64,000 nucleotides of DNA from Hyalangium minutum (GTDB lineage: Bacteria; Myxococcota; Myxococcia; Myxococcales; Myxococcaceae), in contig NZ_JMCB01000018.1 of the NCBI RefSeq assembly GCF_000737315.1, positions 177,237 through 241,236 on the forward strand, read 5' to 3'. The notes beneath the pieces were generated by a model. The model did not search any database and had not been told where the DNA came from. It worked only from the letters and a program-made list of their open reading frames with translations. Made by a program: the position numbers and the translations under genes. Of this stretch, positions 34,708-47,891 are shown piece after piece; within the stretch, counting starts at the first letter, position 1, and the number at the start of each line of letters is the position of its first letter.

Positions 34708-36108
34708 GTGTCTACCGTACGCCTTCTCCTCGTCCTGATGTTGACCCTGGGCCTCTCCGCGGAGGCTCAGACTTCACGCCGGTCCAAGAAGACCAAGCCG
34801 AAGAAGCCGGCTGTCACCCAACCCGTCGCCGCTCCCGAGGAGCCGGCCTCCGACGCTCCCGACGAGCCGGCGGCTGCTCCAGAGGCCGCGTCCAAGCCGG
34901 CCCGCGACGCGAAGCCCGAGGCTCTCGCGAAGCCTGATGCCCCGGTCCGGGCCGCTCCCAGCGACGCCGCCGTGGTGTTTGCCATCCCCCGCTCCGCCGG
35001 CGCCGAGCCCGCCGCCATCCGCCTCCAGGCCGAGCTTGCTCGCCTGCTCGGCAGCAAGCCGGACGTGACGCTGGTGGATCTGGCCACGGTCTTCCCGCCC
35101 CCCGAGCCCCCCTCCACCCAAGAGGGCGACGCGCTCTATGAGCAGGGCAAGGAGGCCTACGACAACCTGGATCCCGAGGCCGCAGCCGGGAAGTTCACCT
35201 CGGCGGCCGAGGCCTATGAGAAGCACCCGGCCTCGCTGAAGCCCCAGCGCCTGGCCAAGACGTTCATCTTCCTGGGCGCCTCGCAGTTGCTCAATGGGGA
35301 CAAGGAGGGCGCGAAGAATGCCTTCCTCCGCGCTCTGGCCGCCGACCCTGGCACCCAGCCCGATCAGGGCCTCTTCGACTCGAACGTGCACACCGCCTTC
35401 ACGGACGCGCAGCAGCAGTTCAACTCGCAGAAGCCGGGCTCGCTGGACATCGACTCGAAGCCCTCGGGCGCCCGCGTCACCGTGCGCGGAGAGGACGTGG
35501 GTGTCACGCCGCTGAAGAACGTGCCCGTCCACCCGGGCCGCCACCCCGTGCTCATCACCCTGCCCGGCTACGCGCCCTACGCCTCCTATCCCCAGGTGGC
35601 CTCCGAGAGGACCGCCGAGGTGAAGCCCCAGCTCGAGCCGCTGCCCGCCCTGGCCGAGGCCATCGCCACCGCCACCCGCGCCTCCACCGAGAAGGCCTTC
35701 GACTCCGACAAGATGCCCCCGGAGCTGACGGCGCTCGCGGACAAGCTCGGCGCCCGCTACGTGGTCCTTGCCGCGGTGCAGCAGAAGAAGTCCCCCGAGG
35801 CGGTGCTGCAGGTGTGGGATGTGCGCACGAAGAACCGGCTGCGGGGCGTGGAGATTGAGCTCCAGTCCAAGAGCCCGGAGCACAGCACCGTGGCCGCCGC
35901 GGACCGCGTCCACGGCTTCCTCACCGGGCGCTTGCTGGCGGACTCGGGCTCCGACTCGAAGATGCCGCAGCTCGTCAAGAAGCCCTGGTTCTGGGCCGCG
36001 GTGGTCGGAGGTGCGGCGGTCGTCACGGGCGGTATCCTGTACGCCACCCAGAGTAACAAGGGTGGCCCGCTGGGTCCGGTCACGGGCTTGCCGGGGATTG
36101 GCTTCTAG
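34708..36108 (+). CDS. PEGA-domain protein (TPR-like helices, PEGA, C-terminal TM)
   Basis: IDSKPSGARVTV.G...GVTPL PEGA motif; signal peptide; C-terminal KKPWFWA TM. Confidence 0.85.
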   Translation: MSTVRLLLVLMLTLGLSAEAQTSRRSKKTKPKKPAVTQPVAAPEEPASDAPDEPAAAPEAASKPARDAKPEALAKPDAPVRAAPSDAAVVFAIPRSAGAEPAAIRLQAELARLLGSKPDVTLVDLATVFPPPEPPSTQEGDALYEQGKEAYDNLDPEAAAGKFTSAAEAYEKHPASLKPQRLAKTFIFLGASQLLNGDKEGAKNAFLRALAADPGTQPDQGLFDSNVHTAFTDAQQQFNSQKPGSLDIDSKPSGARVTVRGEDVGVTPLKNVPVHPGRHPVLITLPGYAPYASYPQVASERTAEVKPQLEPLPALAEAIATATRASTEKAFDSDKMPPELTALADKLGARYVVLAAVQQKKSPEAVLQVWDVRTKNRLRGVEIELQSKSPEHSTVAAADRVHGFLTGRLLADSGSDSKMPQLVKKPWFWAAVVGGAAVVTGGILYATQSNKGGPLGPVTGLPGIGF

Positions 36109-36161
36109 CGGATTGAATGACAGCCTTCCGGCCCGCGTCCGGCAGGTGTCGAGGTCTCCCC

Positions 36162-37373
36162 ATGAAAGCCCTGGTACTCGCTGTGCTGTTCCCCGCTGTG
36201 GCCCTGGCCGCGCCGCCCCCTACGCCGCGCCGGATCAGCGCGTTGCTCATCCCCATGGACCAAGGGGCGGAGGGCCACAGCGTCAGGCTCGAGACGTACA
36301 TGAATGAGGCGCTGGAGCAGTTCGCCGGCTTCACGGTGAAGAAGCCCGAGGAGCTGTTCGGCATGCCTCCGGATGACGAGGCCGCAGCCTCGCTCAAGCG
36401 CGGGCAGAAGGGGCTCGAGGAGAGCCTCGAGGCCTACAACGCCCGCGACTACGATGACGCAGAGCGCAAGCTGCGCGCCACCCTCAAGGAGCTGCAGGGC
36501 GCCGTGGGCGCCATGGGCTCGTGCGTGGAGTTGTGCGAGGCCACCGCGCTGTACGCCGCCGTGCTCTACCTGCGCGGCGACACCGAGGAGGCCAAGCTGA
36601 ACCTGGTGGACCTGATGGCGCTCAACCCCACGTTCGAGCTGAGCACCAAGCGCTACAACAAGGACTTCATCGCTCTGCGCGCCACGGTGGCCACCAGCCG
36701 CAGCTCGTCGCTGCGCGGCACCGTCACGGTGAAGACCCAGCCGCTGGGCGCCCGCGTCTACCTGGATGGAGAGTTCCAGGGCTACACGCCGTTCACGCTC
36801 CCGGCCATGCAGGTGGGCAAGCACATGATCAAGCTGAGCCGCCCCGGCTTCCGCCAGCACGGCCAGATCATCGAGGTGACACCGGACGACGCGGAGATCA
36901 CCGCCGAGCTCTCCCCGACCAACAACTACAAGAAGTACGACTCGCAGCTGGACAAGGTGGCCAGCGAGATCGTCAAGACGACGCCGAGCCCGTCCTCGGT
37001 CACCCTGGGCAAGGCCCTGTCCATCGACCGGGGCCTGCTGGGCACGGTGAAGGATCTGGGCCCCAACGGCACGGAGCTGGTGGTGGGCTTCTTCGACCTG
37101 CGTGATGGAAAGAAGCTCGCTGGCCGCCGGATCGTCCTCCAGGGCGACGAGTTCGGCCAGGAGAAGCAGGAGATGAGCCGGCTGGTGAACTACCTGGTCA
37201 ACAACGGCATGGGTGGCGGGGAGCAGAAGGTGAAGGCCTCGGACCCGCTGGAGAACCGCCACGGCATGGAGGAGTGGAACGGGGAGGACCAGGGAGGCCG
37301 CGGCCGCCAGGTGACCGAGAAGAAGAAGAAGGGCGACCCGCTCGACGGAGTGAACGGAACTGAAGACTGGTAG
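36162..37373 (+). CDS. PEGA-domain secreted protein
   Basis: Signal peptide MKALVLAVLFPAVALA; VKTQPLGARVYLDG.F.GYTP. Confidence 0.85.
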   Translation: MKALVLAVLFPAVALAAPPPTPRRISALLIPMDQGAEGHSVRLETYMNEALEQFAGFTVKKPEELFGMPPDDEAAASLKRGQKGLEESLEAYNARDYDDAERKLRATLKELQGAVGAMGSCVELCEATALYAAVLYLRGDTEEAKLNLVDLMALNPTFELSTKRYNKDFIALRATVATSRSSSLRGTVTVKTQPLGARVYLDGEFQGYTPFTLPAMQVGKHMIKLSRPGFRQHGQIIEVTPDDAEITAELSPTNNYKKYDSQLDKVASEIVKTTPSPSSVTLGKALSIDRGLLGTVKDLGPNGTELVVGFFDLRDGKKLAGRRIVLQGDEFGQEKQEMSRLVNYLVNNGMGGGEQKVKASDPLENRHGMEEWNGEDQGGRGRQVTEKKKKGDPLDGVNGTEDW

Positions 37374-37424
37374 CTCGCGGCGCTTGTCCGCCTGGGGCGG
37401 GAGCGGCCTAGAGTCCCGAGGCGT

Positions 37425-39920
37425 ATGCGCCTCCTGGCCCTGCTCCTGCTCCCGCCGCTCCTCTTTCCGTCCGCCGCACTCGCTCAGGCCAACGCCATCA
37501 TCCGGCCGCTGGTGAGCTCTCGCGGCGTGACGGTGCCCACCGAGTCCACCGCCACCGTGGACGAGGTCACCGCCCTCTCCCTCAACCCCGGCAGCCTGCG
37601 CTTCGTGGACGGGCCCCAGCTGCTCTTTCTCCACGAGCGCAACCGGGTCCAGGATCAGGTCGGCACCGGCCTCTTCGTGGGCACCACCCTGCTGGGTGCC
37701 GTGGGCGTGGGCTACGGCGTGGAGTGGCTGCGCAACCGCACCGAGCCGGACTACCGCCGCAGCTCGCTGGGCTTCTCACTGGGCACGGACACGCTGGCCC
37801 TGGGGGCCACGTACCACGCGTTCGGCTCGGCGGATGAGTCCGTGGAGAAGCTGTCCAGCTGGGACATCGGCCTGTCCGCGCGGCCCTGGCGCGGGTTCTC
37901 CTACAGCGTGGTGGCCCGCGACATCAACGAGCCCGAGCAAGGCGAGTACCGTGTCGTCCGCACCTTTGATCTCGGCATTGGCGTGCGGCCCTTCGGCGAC
38001 CGCTACACGCTGGGCGTGGACTATCTGTTCCGCTCGGGGGGGCTGGACGAGGGGCGCCTCACCTACGCGCTGAAGGCCGAGGTGTGGCCGGGGCTGCGGC
38101 TGGGCGGAGGCCTCTCGCACGGCCTTCGCAGCGGGCAGGAGCTGGCGTTCCAGCTGTCCGCGACGCTGGACACTTCGCACTTTGGCTTCACCTACGCTGC
38201 GGGCGGCACGGACCGAGGCCTGGACCACGTGCTGGCGGTACGCCTGTCCAGCGACAAGTACCGCGCGCTGGGCCTGTCCTCGGGCGTGGTGGCGATGGTG
38301 GACCTCAACGACCGGCTCACCGGAGGGACGAGCCTCGCGGTGTCCCTGCTGGGAGGCTCGGCAGACGATCCGTACCTGGCGCTGATGCGCTTCCTCGACC
38401 TGGCCATCAAGGATCCACAGCTGCGCGGCGTGGTGCTGAAGATGGAGGGCCTGCCCGGCGTGGGCTGGGGCCAGGCCGAGGAGCTGCGCCAGGCCGTGAT
38501 GCGCCTGCGCCGCTCCGGCAAGAAGGTGATGGCCGTGCTGCTCTCGTGCGACGACAAGGGCTACCTCGTGGCTTCGGCGGCGGACCAGGTGTACGCGCTG
38601 CCCGCGTCCTCGCTGCTGCTCAACGGCCTGTCCGCAAGCGTCGTCAGCGTGGGCGGGACGATGGAGAAGCTGGGCGTCAGCTGGGACGTGGCCCGGGTGG
38701 GCGAGTACAAGACGGCTCCCGAGCAGCTCACGCGCAAGGACATGAGCCCGGCCGAGCGCGAGACGGTGAGCGCGCTGCTGGACGTGGAGGTGGCCTGGTA
38801 CGAGCAGGCGGTGACGCTCATGCGCAAGCTGCCCGAGGGCCGCCTCCGCGAGGTTTGGTCCGTGGGCCTCATCCCCGCGAAGAAGGCGCAGGAGCTGGGG
38901 CTGCTGGACGGCATCCTCAAGGATCAGAGCGAGCTGGAGCAGAAGGTCTACAACCTGGTGCCGGGCGCCACCTACGCGGCGAACTACCGGCCTCGCGGCG
39001 AGCGCGAGACGCTCTGGGGCCGCCGCCGCCGCATCGCCGTGGTCCCCATCCTGGGCACCATCGCCGGAGGCAAGAGCCGCGAGGATCCGCTGGGCTTCTC
39101 GCGCATCGCCGGAGCGGAGACGGTGGTCCTGGCGCTCCAGCGCGCGCAGGAGGATCCCTCCGTCATGGCCATCGTGCTGCGGGTGGACTCGGGCGGAGGG
39201 GACGTGCTCGCCTCGGACCTCATGTACCGCGCGGTGACGGAGGCCAAGAAGCGCAAGCCCGTCATTGCCTCCATGGGGGATGTGGCGGCCTCCGGCGGCT
39301 ACTACGCAGCGGTGGGCGCGGATGAGATCTTCGCGGGCCCCACCACCATCACCGGCAGCATCGGCGTCTTCTACTTGAAGCCCGCGCTGCAGGGCCTGCT
39401 GGGAGACAAGCTCGGCATCACCCAGGAGAACCTCCCGCGCGCCCCGCTGGCGGACATGCTGGACTACTGGCGCCCGTGGAAGCCCGAGGAGCAGGCGGCG
39501 ATCCAGGCCTGGGTGGACGCCACCTACGACGACTTCATCACCTACGTGGCCCAGGGCCGGAAGATGGAGAAGTCCCAGGTGGACGCCATCGCCCGGGGCC
39601 GGGTGTGGTCCGGCAAGGACGCCCACGCGAAGGGGCTGGTGGACAGGCTGGGCGGCTTCATGGAGGCGGTGGAGGCGGCGCGGACCCGAGCCAAGGTGGA
39701 GGCCTCGGAGGAAGTGGACCTGGTGGTGTACGGCGAGCCCCGGGGCCTGTTCTCCTCGCTGGGCGGCGAGCCGAACGTGCTCACCCGGCTGCTCCCCGAG
39801 CCTGCTCAGCCTGCCCTGCCGCCAGGGCTGCAGGCGCTCCTGCGGGAGTCCGGGCTCACGGCCGGGTGGCTGGAGCCGGGGCTGAAGGCCGCCATGCCCT
39901 TCACCCTCACCGTGGAGTGA
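37425..39920 (+). CDS. sppA: Signal peptide peptidase SppA (S49, two domains) with a predicted N-terminal beta-barrel
   Basis: VGEYKTAPE, IVLRVDSGGG, SMGDVAASGGYY, TITGSIGV, GRVWSG and GLVD.LGG motifs. Confidence 0.9.
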   Translation: MRLLALLLLPPLLFPSAALAQANAIIRPLVSSRGVTVPTESTATVDEVTALSLNPGSLRFVDGPQLLFLHERNRVQDQVGTGLFVGTTLLGAVGVGYGVEWLRNRTEPDYRRSSLGFSLGTDTLALGATYHAFGSADESVEKLSSWDIGLSARPWRGFSYSVVARDINEPEQGEYRVVRTFDLGIGVRPFGDRYTLGVDYLFRSGGLDEGRLTYALKAEVWPGLRLGGGLSHGLRSGQELAFQLSATLDTSHFGFTYAAGGTDRGLDHVLAVRLSSDKYRALGLSSGVVAMVDLNDRLTGGTSLAVSLLGGSADDPYLALMRFLDLAIKDPQLRGVVLKMEGLPGVGWGQAEELRQAVMRLRRSGKKVMAVLLSCDDKGYLVASAADQVYALPASSLLLNGLSASVVSVGGTMEKLGVSWDVARVGEYKTAPEQLTRKDMSPAERETVSALLDVEVAWYEQAVTLMRKLPEGRLREVWSVGLIPAKKAQELGLLDGILKDQSELEQKVYNLVPGATYAANYRPRGERETLWGRRRRIAVVPILGTIAGGKSREDPLGFSRIAGAETVVLALQRAQEDPSVMAIVLRVDSGGGDVLASDLMYRAVTEAKKRKPVIASMGDVAASGGYYAAVGADEIFAGPTTITGSIGVFYLKPALQGLLGDKLGITQENLPRAPLADMLDYWRPWKPEEQAAIQAWVDATYDDFITYVAQGRKMEKSQVDAIARGRVWSGKDAHAKGLVDRLGGFMEAVEAARTRAKVEASEEVDLVVYGEPRGLFSSLGGEPNVLTRLLPEPAQPALPPGLQALLRESGLTAGWLEPGLKAAMPFTLTVE

Positions 39921-40168
39921 GTCTCCCTCTGGACAGAGGGTAAGAAATTCTGCGGGCTCTCCGTGGGTCTCTGGTAATGTGAATGTTGCCCTCGGGCCGG
40001 CTTTCGGGCCGCTGGAGGGTTCCAGGGACCGGCGGTTTCGGTCTCGAGGACCCGCGCATGGAGCGCAGGCAGCCTCGAGCACCCCGCGTCAGGCTCCCTG
40101 TCCCACATGTCGAGTCGTGCGCGCCCTGCCCAGGCAGGGCTCCGTGTGCGCAGAGCCTTCGGAATTCC

Positions 40169-41743
<1,575 letters not shown>

Positions 41744-41756
41744 CCGCGGTCACCGC

Positions 41757-41785
41757 GGGGACTGAGGGAGCGTTCCTCAGTCCCC
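41757..41785. terminator. GC-rich hairpin between the convergent rho and POT genes
   Basis: GGGGACTGAGG-GAGCGTT-CCTCAGTCCCC, an 11-bp perfect stem with no clear U-tract. Confidence 0.6.
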
Positions 41786-41809
41786 TGCCGCTGGGGGCCT
41801 CGGCCCTCG

Positions 41810-43363
<1,554 letters not shown>

Positions 43364-43487
43364 GAAGGCTCCTTAGGCCTTTGAGCGTCGCAAGCGAACT
43401 CAACACTGCCTCGCCCACCCCCGCAAGCATGGATGTCGCGGCCCCTCCTCCCAAGTAGGGCCCCCACTTGCTAGGGTCCCTCAGCCC

Positions 43488-45560
43488 ATGCGTACCTTCC
43501 CTTACCCACTCGCGCTTGCCTTGTTGCTCGCCGCTTGTGCCAGCACGCCCCCGCCCTCGCCCGAGGCCGCGCCCGTCGCCGGGACGCACTCGGCCGAAGT
43601 CGGCGCTGCTTCGCCCACGGGAGCGGATCCCTCCGCACCCTCAGTATCGGGGCGCTCGGGGAGTGAGGGCGTGGCGAAGCAGGAGCCGGACGTGCCCTCG
43701 GGAGCGGACGCGGCGCGGATTGCCGAGCTCGCACGCCACGTGACACCGCTCGTGGACGCGTTCATGAACACGGAGGCGCTGTTGACGCAGGACGGCAAAC
43801 GCGTGGTCTTCGTCTCCAACCGGGACGGACTGCCGCAGATCTACGTCGCGGACGCCGCGCGCCCCGACTCCGCAGCGAAGCGCCTGGTGACGTGGCCCGA
43901 GCGCATGAGCATCGAGGCGCTCACCCCCGATGGCCAATCGCTCCTCTTCTTCTCGGACAAGGGAGCGGATGAGAACTGGTCCATCTTCAAGGTGGGGCTG
44001 GATGGATCGGCGCCCGTGGAGCTCACGCCGGGCGAGACGATGAATCGGGATTCTCCCCTCCTGCCCGAGCTGGCCCCCAGCACCGTCTACTTCAGCGGCC
44101 GCCGCAAGGAGGAGGTGCCTGCGGCCGTGTATGCGGTGCCCATCACCGGAGGGGCCGCGCGCGTCCTCTACCGCGACGACAAGCCGGGCTTCCTCACCGA
44201 CGTGAGCCGCGATGGCAAGCAGTTGCTGTTCCAGCGCTACCTCACGGGCTCGGAGAACTACCTGCTGAACCTGGACACGGCGACGGGCCAGAGCCGGCAG
44301 CTCTATCCCCTGGCTCCAAGCCAGGTCACCATCACCGCCGCCCGGTTCTCCGCGGACGGCAAGACGGTGTTCGTGGCCACCGACGCGGGCGGAGAGCAGA
44401 ACCTGCTGCTGGCGCTCGAGGCCCAGAGCGGCAAGGAGCTGGCGCGCTACGTGGTGACGAACCCCACCACGGCGCCCATCCGCCTCGTGATGGCGGCGAA
44501 GACCGGCCATGTGCTCGCCCTCACGTTGGATGCGGGCAACCACAGCGAGCTCCGGCTGCTGGATGCGCGCACGCTGAAGCCGCTCGCCCCGGTGGCCATG
44601 CCGCTGGGCCTCGGAGGCGCGCAGGGCTTCTCCGAGGACGGCCGCAAGCTCACCGCCATCTGGTCCACGCCTGCCGCACCCACGGACGCGTGGGTGATCG
44701 ACGTGAAGACGGGCAAGGCCACTCCGCTGCGAAAGGAGCCGCGACCCTCGCTCAAGCAGGTCCCCGCGATCGAAGCGAGCATCACGGAGATCCGCGCGCA
44801 CGACGGGCTGACACTGCCCATCAACGTGTACCTGCCAAAGGGGCGCTCGGGGAAGCTGCCCGTCATCGTCGCGTACCACGGTGGGCCCGCAGGCGGCGCG
44901 AAGATCCGCTGGGCCGCTCCCGCCGCCTTCTTCCTGTCGCAGGGCTATGCGTGGGTGGAGCCCAACGTCCGCGGCTCGGGGGGCTTCGGCCGTGCCTTCG
45001 AGGCGGCGGACAACGGGCGCGGGCGCATGGAGGCCTTCAAGGACATCGAGGCCACCGGCCGATGGGCCGCCTCTCAACCCTGGGCGGATCCCAGCCGAGT
45101 CATTGTGTACGGCGCCAGCTATGGCGGCTACACCGTGCTGGTAGGACTGACGCGCATGCCCGGCCTGTGGCGTGCGGGCGTGGACATGTACGGCGTCGCG
45201 AACATGAAGACCTTCATGGCAACCACCAGCGGCTTCATCCGCGAGCTGTTCCTCCTGGAGATGGGCGACCCCGAGAAGGACGCGGCCTTCCTGGAGTCCA
45301 TCTCCCCCCTGCGAGACGTGGACCAGATCGTCGATCCGCTCTTCGTCTATGCAGGCGAGAATGACCCGAGGGTGCCTCGGAGTGAGTCGGATCAGATCGT
45401 CCACGCGCTGCGGGAGCGGAAGATCCCCGTGGAGTACATGGTGGCGGAGAACGAGGGCCACTCGCTCGTACGCCGTGACAATGTGATCGAGTTCCTGTCC
45501 CGCGTGGCACGGTTCCTCGAGAAACACGCGGGCCCGGCCCAGACCGCGCAGGCGCACTAA
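43488..45560 (+). CDS. S9 (prolyl oligopeptidase/acylaminoacyl peptidase-like) lipoprotein
   Basis: Lipobox LAAC; beta-propeller region; HGGP, NVRGSGGFG, GASYGG, GENDPRVP and EGH. Confidence 0.93.
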   Translation: MRTFPYPLALALLLAACASTPPPSPEAAPVAGTHSAEVGAASPTGADPSAPSVSGRSGSEGVAKQEPDVPSGADAARIAELARHVTPLVDAFMNTEALLTQDGKRVVFVSNRDGLPQIYVADAARPDSAAKRLVTWPERMSIEALTPDGQSLLFFSDKGADENWSIFKVGLDGSAPVELTPGETMNRDSPLLPELAPSTVYFSGRRKEEVPAAVYAVPITGGAARVLYRDDKPGFLTDVSRDGKQLLFQRYLTGSENYLLNLDTATGQSRQLYPLAPSQVTITAARFSADGKTVFVATDAGGEQNLLLALEAQSGKELARYVVTNPTTAPIRLVMAAKTGHVLALTLDAGNHSELRLLDARTLKPLAPVAMPLGLGGAQGFSEDGRKLTAIWSTPAAPTDAWVIDVKTGKATPLRKEPRPSLKQVPAIEASITEIRAHDGLTLPINVYLPKGRSGKLPVIVAYHGGPAGGAKIRWAAPAAFFLSQGYAWVEPNVRGSGGFGRAFEAADNGRGRMEAFKDIEATGRWAASQPWADPSRVIVYGASYGGYTVLVGLTRMPGLWRAGVDMYGVANMKTFMATTSGFIRELFLLEMGDPEKDAAFLESISPLRDVDQIVDPLFVYAGENDPRVPRSESDQIVHALRERKIPVEYMVAENEGHSLVRRDNVIEFLSRVARFLEKHAGPAQTAQAH

Positions 45561-45585
45561 CCGCCCACGGGAGAACGCTCCAGGA

Positions 45586-46644
45586 GTGAAGACTCGAGCC
45601 CCACGCCTCCGGCATCTCGCGCTGCTGCTGGCCTCATTGTCCGTCTCGGTGACTCCGGGCTGCATGTCGAGTCCCATGCTCGACTACAGCCTCGACGTGC
45701 CCGCGCAGACGCTGATCCCTCCGGGTGCCCCACCGGTCCAGGAGGGCCGGGCACGCTTCCGGGAGATCTTCTGCGCGCTGCTCGCACGGGAGCCCGGTGC
45801 CGCCGCGCGCCCCTGTGACGCGCTGCTCCATCGCTTGAGTGATGAGCCGCCTTCCTCGCGCCCTCCACGTCCCCTGCCCTCGCATGCTCCAGGGCTGGCG
45901 GTGATCTTCGTCCCTGGGATGCTTGGCGAGTGTGCGTCCGGGCTCGCGCCTCCCTTCGAGGCGGCCGTGCCCCACCTGCGCCGCTTGGGGTATGACGCAC
46001 GGGTCGCCCCGGTGAATGCTTCCGCTCCCAGCCATGCCAATGCCGAGCGCCTCGCCCGAGAGATTGCAGAGAGCCATGCCGAGCGCATCGTCCTCGTCGG
46101 CCATGCCCGGGGAGCGGTGGACATCCTCGAACTCCTCGCGGCGAACCCCGCTGCGGCTTCGCGGGTGCAGGCGGTGCTGAGCGTGGCGGGCGCGATCAAC
46201 GGCTCTCCGCTCGCGGATGCTCCGGCTGGGGCCTCGCTGCTCTTGCCTGGCAAGGGAGACCCCACGTGCACCGAGGGAGAGCGGGCCGCACTCCCGGATC
46301 TCCAGCGCGCCCACCGGTTGCGCTGGCTCATGGAGCACCCGCTTCCCCGGCCGCCGCGCTACTTCTCCCTCGGGGCCTTCTCGCCACGCTCGGACATGGC
46401 AAAGCCCCTGCGTGCCCGAGCCGCCGCGCTGGCACGGATCGATCCGCGCAACGATGGCCTGACGCCGTTCTTCGATCAGATGATCCCGGGCGCCGAGTTG
46501 CTCGGCTACGCGAATGCCGACCATTGGTCCGTCGTGTCCGATTCCCAGGCCCCGGGTCAGCCGCCGTTCCCGCGAGAGGTGCTGATCGAGGCCGCCCTCC
46601 TCCGCATCGTCGAGGCGCTCTCCAGCGGCGAGGCACGCCCATGA
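45586..46644 (+). CDS. Alpha/beta-hydrolase-fold lipoprotein lacking the catalytic Ser (GHARG)
   Basis: Lipobox-like TPGC; paralog of the next gene; the nucleophile elbow reads GHARG, while NDG and ADHW are retained. Confidence 0.75.
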   Translation: MKTRAPRLRHLALLLASLSVSVTPGCMSSPMLDYSLDVPAQTLIPPGAPPVQEGRARFREIFCALLAREPGAAARPCDALLHRLSDEPPSSRPPRPLPSHAPGLAVIFVPGMLGECASGLAPPFEAAVPHLRRLGYDARVAPVNASAPSHANAERLAREIAESHAERIVLVGHARGAVDILELLAANPAAASRVQAVLSVAGAINGSPLADAPAGASLLLPGKGDPTCTEGERAALPDLQRAHRLRWLMEHPLPRPPRYFSLGAFSPRSDMAKPLRARAAALARIDPRNDGLTPFFDQMIPGAELLGYANADHWSVVSDSQAPGQPPFPREVLIEAALLRIVEALSSGEARP

Positions 46645-47702
46645 GCCTCCTCTCCGCTCCCCTGCTGGCCACGCTCGTGGGCATCACGATGGGCCTCACG
46701 GGCTGCGCCACCCCGCTCCTGGCCTACAAGGCCTCCGAGATGCCTCCGCTGCAGCTCGCGGTGGTGGGACAGCCCTCCTTCCAGGATGGGCGGGCACGCT
46801 TCCGGGAGATCTTCTGCGAGCTCGCCGCGCGCGAGGGCCAGCCCGGCGTGGACTGCGAGAAGCTGCTCGTTCGGCTTGCCGCGGAGCCCTCCTCCCAGGC
46901 ACCCGCTTCGCTGCCGTCGCACGATCCGCGCCTGCGCATCCTCCTGGTGCCGGGCGGCTTCGCCGAGTGCTTCAAGGACGCCCCACTCTTCCCAGAGGCC
47001 CAGCCCCGGCTGAAAGCCGCTGGCTACTCGGTGAGTACGATCCCCGTCAGTGGGCGCTCGGGCAGCGCCTACAACGCCTGGCGTATCGCCGTGACGGTCG
47101 CGCGAACCCCCTTGCCTCCGGGTGGCCGGCTCGTGCTGCTGGGCTACTCCAAGGGCATCACGGACATCCTCGAGTTCCTCGTGCAGTACCCGAGCCTCGC
47201 GGCGCGGGTGCACGCGGTGGTCAGCATCGCGGGCAGCGTGAACGGCTCGCCGCTCGCCAACCGCTTCACTCCCCTCTACGAGGCCGCCGACGACTGGGTC
47301 TTGAGAAACTGCCCGCCGGGGGACCGGAACGTCGCGATGGAGCTGAGGCGCGAGCTGCGGCTGAACTGGCTCGCGAGGCACCGGCTGCCAAGCCACATCC
47401 GCTACTTCTCCCTGGGCACCATTGCCCCCGAGGCAGAGGTGGCGCGGGCGATGATGCTCACGGATGACTCGCTGCGGTACGTGGATCCGCTCCGGGACGG
47501 ACAGCTGATCTTCTACGATCAGCTCCTGCCCGGCAGCACGCTGTTGGGCTACATGCGAGCCGACCACTGGGCCGTCGCCCTGCCGCTGCAGGAGCACTGG
47601 CACGTGCTGGCCACGAACTGGGCGGGGACGCACTTCCCTCGGGGCCTGCTGCTGGAGGCCCTCATGCTGCACCTGTCCGAGGCCCTGGGCGACAGCACCT
47701 GA
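46641..47702 (+). CDS. Alpha/beta-hydrolase (lipase-like) lipoprotein
   Basis: Lipobox LTGC; GYSKG nucleophile, RDG and ADHW. ATGA overlap with the upstream paralog. Confidence 0.8.
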   Translation: MSLLSAPLLATLVGITMGLTGCATPLLAYKASEMPPLQLAVVGQPSFQDGRARFREIFCELAAREGQPGVDCEKLLVRLAAEPSSQAPASLPSHDPRLRILLVPGGFAECFKDAPLFPEAQPRLKAAGYSVSTIPVSGRSGSAYNAWRIAVTVARTPLPPGGRLVLLGYSKGITDILEFLVQYPSLAARVHAVVSIAGSVNGSPLANRFTPLYEAADDWVLRNCPPGDRNVAMELRRELRLNWLARHRLPSHIRYFSLGTIAPEAEVARAMMLTDDSLRYVDPLRDGQLIFYDQLLPGSTLLGYMRADHWAVALPLQEHWHVLATNWAGTHFPRGLLLEALMLHLSEALGDST

Positions 47703-47750
47703 GACGTGCCTCGAAGGCAAGGCGGGTCTGAATGGTGAATCCTGCTTTCC

Positions 47751-47778
47751 ACCAAGCCGCTGTTGGCACGGGCTTGGT
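47751..47778 (+). terminator. Hairpin downstream of the hydrolase pair
   Basis: ACCAAGCC...GGCTTGGT 8-bp stem. Confidence 0.35.
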
Positions 47779-47891
47779 TCTCATCCTGAGCACGCACTGA
47801 GGAACCTCCAGGGGCGGCATGGGGTGGGCCCTGAGAATTTCGCCACTTGTGAGCCTGCGCAGTCCCTACTGCGGCTCTGCTCAGGATGAGA
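47779..47891. repeat. 14-bp perfect inverted repeat enclosing 85 nt that contains an internal hairpin
   Basis: TCTCATCCTGAGCA (47779-92) and TGCTCAGGATGAGA (47878-91). Confidence 0.75.

Noticed and set aside
47779-47891. Retron msr-msd interpretation of the inverted-repeat element
   Set aside because: It has an a1/a2-like closing stem and myxobacteria do carry retrons, but no reverse transcriptase is encoded in the window.
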